In this document: in pieces, positions 56,773 through 64,000 of the stretch
How the letters are laid out: each line of letters begins with the position of its first letter
Numbering within the stretch: position 1 is the stretch's first letter
IMG/VR virus record: IMGVR_UViG_3300024264_000011
Location: 1 to 64,000 of that record
Source of the DNA: a virus
Strand: one strand, 5' to 3'
DNA length: 64,000 nt
Made by a program: the position numbers and the translations under genes
The notes under the pieces: model-generated
What the model was told of the DNA's origin: nothing
Database searches by the model: none
What the model saw: only the letters and a program-made list of their open reading frames with translations

Positions 56773-59700
56773 TAGTTATCTCCTTTAAGTAATTTAATTT
56801 CTTCTTTGAGTATATTTATTTGTTCTTGTTGGTCTTTAATTGCTTCAATTAGCAGACCCACCATGTTGCCATAAGCAACAGATTTAGTTCCCTCCTCATC
56901 GGTAGAAACAAGTTCGGGGCAGACTTTTTCGACATCTTGAGCGATAACTCCCATCTGTCTTCCGAGTTCTGGAGTATCTATTCTGTCAAATGTTACGCCA
57001 TTGATCTGATTGACCTTATCAAGAGGGTTTGCAATAGGTTCAATGTTCTCTTTTAATTTAATGTCAGAGTATGCAGTAACGTTTCCAGTTGCTGTAAAGC
57101 TTCCATTGTCATCGAATGTGTATCTAGTTGTTGAACCATCACGGATGTAGAAGTTACCGATTCCGCTGTTAAGGTCCATATACATATGTGAACCATTACA
57201 GAAAAACTCAACATCATCACCACTTCCAAAATAGAGATATTCGTTATCTGGTAAATCTAGATGATTATTGATAGTTACTCGACCATTAAATGTCGAGGCT
57301 TTCGCAAAAGTAAGTGTACTAGCTGTCCATGAGGCAACTTCGGCGTTGTTACACCAAAACTTCAAATTACCGTCAGAGGGGCATTGAAATCCAGTATCGT
57401 TATCAGCACCTAAACAAATATCTACGTTAGTTCCTGGGTTAGAAGCTGTTCCAGCAGCAAGTTTTGTGCAATGGATGTTTCCGTTGACATCTAATTTTGC
57501 AACTGGGGCAGTCGAGCCAATTCCCACATTGCCAGAGAAATAATTCTTTGTCTCGCCGGTAATATATGTACCCCATTTAGTACCTACAGTTCCAGCATAT
57601 GATCCGAAGAATAAGTATCCGGTTGTCACAGTACCAGCATTACGGTCAATGTGTGAATAAACTCCTTTTGCATCTCCAATAGTATCTTCATCACACTGAA
57701 CCTCAAAATATCCACCAACGGCATTACCAGACTTACCAGAACCATTATCTGTGTTCTGTGCTCTACCATATACTGCGTATAAAGTACCTCCTGATGTATT
57801 GCCGCCTCTATATGCTATAGAGTGGATACCATAAGCATTAACCGCACCGCCTGCAGCATATGCTTGTGCATATGTATATGCACCAAAGACGCTTTGCGTG
57901 CCTATTCCAGATCCATTACCTGTAACTTTGGCAAAACTATAAAGACCTCGATTGTCGTGAGTATATCCAGTAGAGTCTGAAGAAGTGTAAATGCCGTACA
58001 TATTATGACGGTTGCCGTTAGTGCTTGTAGTGTTTGACTTTGAATTATCCACATCGACTCTAAGGCCAACTTGGGCTCTATTAGCAGTAAAAGCGGCAGT
58101 ACCAGACCAGTCCGCATCGATATATACGGTGTTATAACTACTATTTTGTCCTGTTTGCCAAGTATTATCTACGTGCAATGGATGATCATGCCATCCAGTA
58201 TCGGTTTCACCAGTACCTGTGTTAATACCTCTCGATACTGCAAGACCACCATCAGTTGATAGTGACATAGCACCACCAGACGCATCATGAGCAGTATCTC
58301 TCCACAAGAATCCACGATCAGATTCATTATTGAATGTAAATGTCATTGCATAATCATTCAATCTACCATGAGTTCTGCCTGACATCATACCAATAGTATA
58401 TGAACTACTATCCCAAACTCTTATTTTGTCTGCCGTATTAGTAGTATGGTGATTGATAATAGAACTACCCGTTAAAGTAATAGTACCACTTGTTGATAAC
58501 CCACCAGCAATAGTTTGACCATTGTTTGAATGGAGTCTTCCAGTTCCAGTGTTAATATAGAATGGTCTTAAACCATTCCAAGTATCACTAGCAGCTGCAC
58601 CTGTATTAGATAAAAGAATATAATAATTAGTACCATCATTTCTATGAATAACAGTTTCATCTGCATCGTTGTATAAAAGAAGTTGATTGTTACTGCCGCT
58701 AATTTTACAAGATGTACTTCCAACAGTGAGATTAAATGCAGGTCCAATTAAACTACCATCTCCATTAATACCTTTAGACGTTCCATCAACAAAGAAACCG
58801 CCATCTGCACGAATATATCGCGGGGTGTAAATGTTTTTAGCAGTGTTCTGATTAATTCTCAGCCAAGTAGTATCAGATGTGGTAATCTCACCCATCGCGG
58901 TTGTATTACGGTGGAAGAAAATACCACCACCTGTGATATTTGTTCGTTGCTCTACATAACCGCTGCCCCAGTTAGAGACTGATGGTGTGGATATGCGAAG
59001 ACCTCCCTCAGCGTTTACATAGACCAATTCACCAGTTTGGCTTGCGATCTTCCCAGCAGACTCGCCAGCATTTAAGACCAACTCAGTACCATTAGAGGTT
59101 CTAATTTCTTTGGTTTCTACACGAGTTGCTGGAGTAATTGTGTCAGGTATGCGGGCATCATTAATTGTTCCAGTTAGGTTAGCAGAATTAAGATTAGTCA
59201 AACCAGAACCATTACCACTAAACGAAATTCCAGATTCAGCAGTAATTGCCGAAGTTGTCAGCGTCATTATTGTGGAAAGTGATCTGGCTGTATTTGCAGT
59301 TGAACTATTACCTAGTTCAAAATACATATTAGCAGTAGTGCTATCAACAGAACATTCAATTCTTCCAGAAGAACCAGTTACATCTGGTACACCACCAAGA
59401 TGATTAAATGCTAGGTTTGCATTACCATAACCATCATTAATTGTTAATGCAACACTTCCACTACCTTTTCCGGCTTCAATATAAGAGGCACTAGTTCTAA
59501 AGGTTCCAGTTGCGCTATCATTGTTTGCATTTGATCTCAGATATGCAGAACCCTGTTGACCATCAAGTAAATCAGCATTTAGATTAGTAACTACTTGAGT
59601 ACTATCTACAGTAAATGGTGACGATGTTCCAGATGCACCACCATCAAATGCAGGTCTATTGCTAAATGTTAATGTACTTCCAGATGCACTATTAACAATA

Positions 59701-62363
59701 CAAGTACCAAATGTAACCATTTCGTTATTGTCAAAAGACCATCCAAGTGATGAAGTTCCAATTCTTAAATAACCATTCGCAAAATTTGATCCAGCAATTG
59801 TTCCAGGACTGCCAGTAATTGCAATACCGTTAGTTGACAACAATGTATCTGTTTCAGTTTGTCCAGTAACATTAACACCACCAGATGTTGTTGCTATTTT
59901 TGCGGCATCATCATAATAAAGAGTAGTTGCGGCATTGTGAGTTACTCTAACACCTAGTGTACCACTATTATTTGCATATAATAGTAGATCCTCATTATAT
60001 GAGCTAACAATTCCTTCATCAACAATAATTCTTTTATTGAAGTAAAATCTACTACGGTCAGTTTCAACGTGAGCATACGTAGTATTACTTGGACCAATTT
60101 TAATCCACCCATTTCCAGTATTTGCAGTTACATGTCCAGCTGTAGTATTAATACCACCAGTTCCAGTAACTGTTAAGTTACTCTGGACTTCAGTACCACC
60201 AACAAAATCACCAGCATAGTTAACGACTAGTTTAGCACCAGCATTTTTTACAAGAGCTCTTGAAGTACCAGAGTTTCCTCTAGATGTCTGGTTTGATGCA
60301 CCAAGTCTAAAATCAAATCCACCATTATTGACATTTCCTGTTACAAATGCTTCTCCAGAAACATGTAATTTATACGTTGGTGTAACACCGATACCAAAAT
60401 TACCATCTTTATCTAATGTTACTTTTGTGGAATATCCACTACCATTGTAAGTTCTGAAAAATACGCCACCTGCAGCTGCACCATATGTAAGATAAGTACT
60501 ATACTGCGTACCATGATGGAAATGAGTGTTTCCATATCTGGTTATGTTAATCTCATTACTAAAAGTAATTGCGCCAGTAGCAGTATCAGTAGCGTCAGAT
60601 CTTAAAAATGAAGATGCATGTAATCCATCAACTTGGTCCACATTTAGAGAACTTTCGTCGTTTGTGTTTAATACTCTGTACTTAGTTGAACTACTATATC
60701 TACCACCAGTGTATAAATCTCCAGTAACATAAACATTAGTATCACCACGAACATCAAAAATCGTATCTGCGCTATTACTTGTAGCACTTAAGTCTGCTGT
60801 ACTTTGAGCTGTTCTTCCCCTAACATCAAAAATACTTTCAGTTCCACTATCTGCATCACTAGAAATAATGACTGCAGGAACATCATTTGCATCATCATTT
60901 TTGTAAAATACTGCAACTGGATCAGCATTTTGAGAATTATTAGTTACAAATAATCCTACACCAGCATCTCCATCTACTCTAAGTGCAGCAGTACTATCAT
61001 AGGTTGCGTGACCACCATTATCATCATTACCAATAACAAGATCTTTATTGAATTTCCAGTTATCTCCAGCAGAAACATAAGTCAATGTTGCACTAGCACC
61101 ATCAATAGTAATACCAGCACCATTTGCAGCTGCAGCATTAGCAGCACCAGATGCTAGAGTAATATTGAGATCATCTACATTTACTGTAGTTGAATTGATT
61201 GTAGTTGTAGTACCATCAACCTGTAAATCACCAGCGATGACAAGAGTTCCTGTATTGTTGCCAACTCCTGCTGGATCGATTGTAAGAGTTGCTGGACCAC
61301 TAATTGTATTAGTTGAAATATTAATACCTGTACCAGAAGCACCTGTTGATAGTGTTGTTGCTGATGCAGTTCCAGTTACAGTAACACCACTACCATTTGT
61401 CTGGAGTTTTATATTATCTGATGTGCCAGAGTGATGTAATTTTACAGCACCAGTATTACCAGGTTTTAACTCAATATCAGTAATTAGTGCTGTATTATGT
61501 TGACCAATGGTAATGTCATCACCGTTTTTACCAATTAAAACTCTTAAATATCCACCATCATCAGTATAGATGGTACTTGATTCTGGAATTACAAGAGCAG
61601 CATTGGTTACAGTATGTGATGCTGCTGCATAAGTACCACCGTCAGACTGGAAAACATCTGCGTTTGATAGTCCAGTTGTACTTGTTCCTAAAGTGGTAGT
61701 ATTAAATTTTTGTACATTATCATAGTAGAGTTGAACATCAGCATTTGTGTTAAACACCGCCATATTTTCGGCATTAAATCTCACAACAACTTGATTACCT
61801 ACAAGTCTTAGAGCTCCATCTCCAGTATCATTAATGTAACTATTACTGCCATCATGATAAATTTGTAAGTCGTTACCAGTTCCAAAATTGGCAGTTTGGT
61901 TATCACCAAAATATTGATTACCAGATAGTGTAATATTACCAGTGAAAGATGCACCAGTTGTTGTGGTCTCAAATTTCTTGGAGTTGTTGTAGTAGAGTTC
62001 TACTGATCCATTTGGATTTGCGGCAACCATTTGATCGCCAGTAGTTTTAGTTATGAAAACTCCACCAACACTTGATCTCAAATAAAGTTTTCCAACTCCA
62101 TTATCATCAATAAAACTATTAGATCCATTATGGTAAAGTTTTAAATCTTCACTATCACCAATACTCAAATGATCATTGTCACCTAAATTGACATTACTAT
62201 CAAATATAACATCGCCAGTAAATCTACCAGTACCACCAACATCCAAATCATAAGAAGGGGTGGAATCTTTAATTCCAACCCTATTATTTGTGGGGTCAAC
62301 AAACAGTGTATCGCCATCAACTTCTAAACCGTTTTTGACAATAAAATTTCTATTAGTTGCCAT
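56772..62363 (-). CDS. Long tail fibre with C-terminal peptidase S74 intramolecular chaperone
   Basis: MATNRNFIVKNGL; DLQIYHDGSNSYI / LYYNNSKKFETT repeats; TAYSDIKLKENI...GVIAQDVE...VAYGNMVGLLIEAIK. Confidence 0.9.
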   Translation of the reverse strand: MATNRNFIVKNGLEVDGDTLFVDPTNNRVGIKDSTPSYDLDVGGTGRFTGDVIFDSNVNLGDNDHLSIGDSEDLKLYHNGSNSFIDDNGVGKLYLRSSVGGVFITKTTGDQMVAANPNGSVELYYNNSKKFETTTTGASFTGNITLSGNQYFGDNQTANFGTGNDLQIYHDGSNSYINDTGDGALRLVGNQVVVRFNAENMAVFNTNADVQLYYDNVQKFNTTTLGTSTTGLSNADVFQSDGGTYAAASHTVTNAALVIPESSTIYTDDGGYLRVLIGKNGDDITIGQHNTALITDIELKPGNTGAVKLHHSGTSDNIKLQTNGSGVTVTGTASATTLSTGASGTGINISTNTISGPATLTIDPAGVGNNTGTLVIAGDLQVDGTTTTINSTTVNVDDLNITLASGAANAAAANGAGITIDGASATLTYVSAGDNWKFNKDLVIGNDDNGGHATYDSTAALRVDGDAGVGLFVTNNSQNADPVAVFYKNDDANDVPAVIISSDADSGTESIFDVRGRTAQSTADLSATSNSADTIFDVRGDTNVYVTGDLYTGGRYSSSTKYRVLNTNDESSLNVDQVDGLHASSFLRSDATDTATGAITFSNEINITRYGNTHFHHGTQYSTYLTYGAAAGGVFFRTYNGSGYSTKVTLDKDGNFGIGVTPTYKLHVSGEAFVTGNVNNGGFDFRLGASNQTSRGNSGTSRALVKNAGAKLVVNYAGDFVGGTEVQSNLTVTGTGGINTTAGHVTANTGNGWIKIGPSNTTYAHVETDRSRFYFNKRIIVDEGIVSSYNEDLLLYANNSGTLGVRVTHNAATTLYYDDAAKIATTSGGVNVTGQTETDTLLSTNGIAITGSPGTIAGSNFANGYLRIGTSSLGWSFDNNEMVTFGTCIVNSASGSTLTFSNRPAFDGGASGTSSPFTVDSTQVVTNLNADLLDGQQGSAYLRSNANNDSATGTFRTSASYIEAGKGSGSVALTINDGYGNANLAFNHLGGVPDVTGSSGRIECSVDSTTANMYFELGNSSTANTARSLSTIMTLTTSAITAESGISFSGNGSGLTNLNSANLTGTINDARIPDTITPATRVETKEIRTSNGTELVLNAGESAGKIASQTGELVYVNAEGGLRISTPSVSNWGSGYVEQRTNITGGGIFFHRNTTAMGEITTSDTTWLRINQNTAKNIYTPRYIRADGGFFVDGTSKGINGDGSLIGPAFNLTVGSTSCKISGSNNQLLLYNDADETVIHRNDGTNYYILLSNTGAAASDTWNGLRPFYINTGTGRLHSNNGQTIAGGLSTSGTITLTGSSIINHHTTNTADKIRVWDSSSYTIGMMSGRTHGRLNDYAMTFTFNNESDRGFLWRDTAHDASGGAMSLSTDGGLAVSRGINTGTGETDTGWHDHPLHVDNTWQTGQNSSYNTVYIDADWSGTAAFTANRAQVGLRVDVDNSKSNTTSTNGNRHNMYGIYTSSDSTGYTHDNRGLYSFAKVTGNGSGIGTQSVFGAYTYAQAYAAGGAVNAYGIHSIAYRGGNTSGGTLYAVYGRAQNTDNGSGKSGNAVGGYFEVQCDEDTIGDAKGVYSHIDRNAGTVTTGYLFFGSYAGTVGTKWGTYITGETKNYFSGNVGIGSTAPVAKLDVNGNIHCTKLAAGTASNPGTNVDICLGADNDTGFQCPSDGNLKFWCNNAEVASWTASTLTFAKASTFNGRVTINNHLDLPDNEYLYFGSGDDVEFFCNGSHMYMDLNSGIGNFYIRDGSTTRYTFDDNGSFTATGNVTAYSDIKLKENIEPIANPLDKVNQINGVTFDRIDTPELGRQMGVIAQDVEKVCPELVSTDEEGTKSVAYGNMVGLLIEAIKDQQEQINILKEEIKLLKGDN

Positions 62364-62404
62364 AAGACTCCTTGGGGTTCACTTTCCCCCCATATTTGTC
62401 TAAT

Positions 62405-62412
62405 TATTTATA
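62405..62412 (-). promoter_or_regulatory. T4-type late promoter
   Basis: TATAAATA on minus strand upstream of the fibre gene; TAAATA cores also at 16679, 15071, 8328, 5021 and 1172, each just upstream of a structural gene. Confidence 0.75.
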
Positions 62413-62414
62413 AA

Positions 62415-64000
62415 TCAATACTTGATTGCAGTAGCAACAACTTTATAGGTAGTGGTGTTAGTAGACGATGCAGTTGCAAGCAGTCTGATTACGTTAGAAA
62501 CAATATTAGTGTCAAATGTAGCAAGAACAGAACCAGAATGAACAGTACCATATGCAGTCATGTATGCAGTTGTTCCATCATGAACTACCAATACTTTTTC
62601 CATATGGAAGTTTGCATTTTCTGATACTTGAATCAAGAATTCGACAGATCTGTAAGTAGAACCATTAATAGAAGCAATTAGTGTTGCAGAAGTTGATGTT
62701 GTTGTAGCAGTGAATGACTTTTGTAGTGAATTTGCATCTGCAATTTCAGTTCCAGTAGTAACTATATCCCCAGTTACAGTAACACCAGATGTAGTGGTTT
62801 CAAATTTCTTAGAATCGTCATAATAAAGATCAACTGAACCATTAGTAGTAAATGTTGCTTTTACTTCATTTCCAGATGAATCATATACAACAATATTGTC
62901 ACCCCAAATATTTAAGTCACCAGTTCCATTTTCTCTAATATTAGATGAGGAACCTGAATGATAAATCTGCAAATCATTACTAGATCCAAAATTTATTCCA
63001 ATAGAATCTGGTAAACTAATGTTATTTTGGAATTCTGAAGTGCCACTGACTTTAATACTACCAGAAACATCCAGAGCAACAGTAGGAGCAGAAACACCAA
63101 TACCAACTCTATTGTTATCACCATCTACATATAAAGTATCTCTACCAAGAATATTTTTATAATATTTGATATCATCTGTACCAATAGTATGCCCAGTGGT
63201 TTCAATATTAGATCTCCAGAGAGTTGTATTTGATGGGAGACCGTTTGAAACTAGAACATAACCAAGAGACATCTCAGCAACAGTATCATAATCACTAACT
63301 CTTGTCGCTGTAAATGCAGAGTTTGCACTACCTACAGTGGTAATTTGATACAGACCATTCTCTTCTGCATTTGTCTGACCATTGACCAGAACAATATCAT
63401 TATTTCCGAATGTGACTCCATCTGCTGATGGGAATACACCATTTACAGAACCAGTTAGTGTAGCACCTACACCAGCAGTACCATTATTATAAGTTGCAGA
63501 AATATTAGATGTATGAATACCTTTAGCAATTGCAATACCAAAATTTACCCATGAAGGAACACCATTACTTACTGCAAGTACATTAGATTGATTACCAATA
63601 CCCAACTTAGAAATGGTTGCACTACTGTTACCATATAAAATATCACCTTGAGCGTAAGTTGTGATATTAGTACCACCTTTACCGACAGGTACAGTAGCAA
63701 CAAGATTACCTGGGTTTAGATAATATTGATCGTTATTACCATTTAAAGTTAGAGCATCAACAGTACCACCAGAAGATGCTGCCTTAATTGTAACATCACC
63801 AATAGAAGAAACATCAAATTGTTGATGGTTGTAAGCAGAAACACCTAATCTAGTATAACCAGAAGTACCAGTACTGCTACCAGTTACTGTTTGAATACCT
63901 ATTTTAACTCTATTATAGTGTACAGTTTCATTCGGATTTACTGTGTTATCTACAAAACTATCACCAACTAAAGTAAGAGGAGAATCACCATCTTCCACAA
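62415..64000 (-). CDS. Tail fibre protein, C-terminal part (5' end outside window)
   Basis: VLVNGQTNAEENGLY; DLQIYHSGSSSNI; LYYDDSKKFETT; YRSVEFLIQV...VVHDGTTAYMTAYG. Confidence 0.82.
   Translation of the reverse strand, partial: VEDGDSPLTLVGDSFVDNTVNPNETVHYNRVKIGIQTVTGSSTGTSGYTRLGVSAYNHQQFDVSSIGDVTIKAASSGGTVDALTLNGNNDQYYLNPGNLVATVPVGKGGTNITTYAQGDILYGNSSATISKLGIGNQSNVLAVSNGVPSWVNFGIAIAKGIHTSNISATYNNGTAGVGATLTGSVNGVFPSADGVTFGNNDIVLVNGQTNAEENGLYQITTVGSANSAFTATRVSDYDTVAEMSLGYVLVSNGLPSNTTLWRSNIETTGHTIGTDDIKYYKNILGRDTLYVDGDNNRVGIGVSAPTVALDVSGSIKVSGTSEFQNNISLPDSIGINFGSSNDLQIYHSGSSSNIRENGTGDLNIWGDNIVVYDSSGNEVKATFTTNGSVDLYYDDSKKFETTTSGVTVTGDIVTTGTEIADANSLQKSFTATTTSTSATLIASINGSTYRSVEFLIQVSENANFHMEKVLVVHDGTTAYMTAYGTVHSGSVLATFDTNIVSNVIRLLATASSTNTTTYKVVATAIKY

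Noticed and set aside
808-58117. Alternative-frame minus-strand ORFs nested in larger genes (e.g. 808-1149, 5191-5394, 15015-15218, 34103-34366, 37802-38125, 39349-39582, 55728-56183)
   Set aside because: They overlap better-supported ORFs in another frame.
1369-61434. All plus-strand ORFs in the supplied track (e.g. 3185-3532, 7002-7517, 47224-47979, 53257-53679)
   Set aside because: They lie antisense to well-supported minus-strand genes, with shadow-like composition and no recognisable motifs.
56772-64000. Repeats shared by the two fibres as a diversity-generating retroelement or invertible tail-fibre system
   Set aside because: Similarity is at protein level with mixed substitutions; no reverse transcriptase or invertase is in the window.
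1-64000. tRNA or rRNA genes
   Set aside because: No T-loop or cloverleaf signatures were spotted by eye; a tRNAscan run would confirm.

Overview
This window is a 64 kb segment of a T4-like marine cyanomyovirus (Kyanoviridae-type) genome, and essentially all real genes lie on the minus strand. Read in transcription order (right to left), it opens with two long tail-fibre genes (one with a C-terminal S74 autochaperone), a glycine-rich virion protein and 2OG-Fe(II) oxygenases. Next is a ~16 kb hypervariable early region (~37.4-53.9 kb) of many tiny ORFs, two adjacent SF2 helicases, two acidic ArdA-like proteins and an apparently inactive AspH-like oxygenase. Last is the structural module: a 1414-aa protein, PAAR, gp25, gp6, a 3988-aa gp7, gp8, a VrlC-like protein, a fibre, gp13, gp14, gp15 and gp16. 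Three non-coding signals stand out. (1) A repeated promoter + dyad module, (G/T)G(G/T)GACA-N10/11-TGTC(C/A)C, sits a fixed distance upstream of sigma70 -10 boxes and usually contains the stop codon of the preceding ORF, giving a cassette-array-like architecture. (2) A ~470-bp non-coding element carries six DnaA boxes and six 14-bp iteron-like repeats. (3) A back-to-back sigma70 promoter pair has one arm pointing antisense into the late fibre operon. I saw no tRNA, CRISPR array, integrase or reverse transcriptase. All family assignments come from motif recognition by eye, not from database searches.
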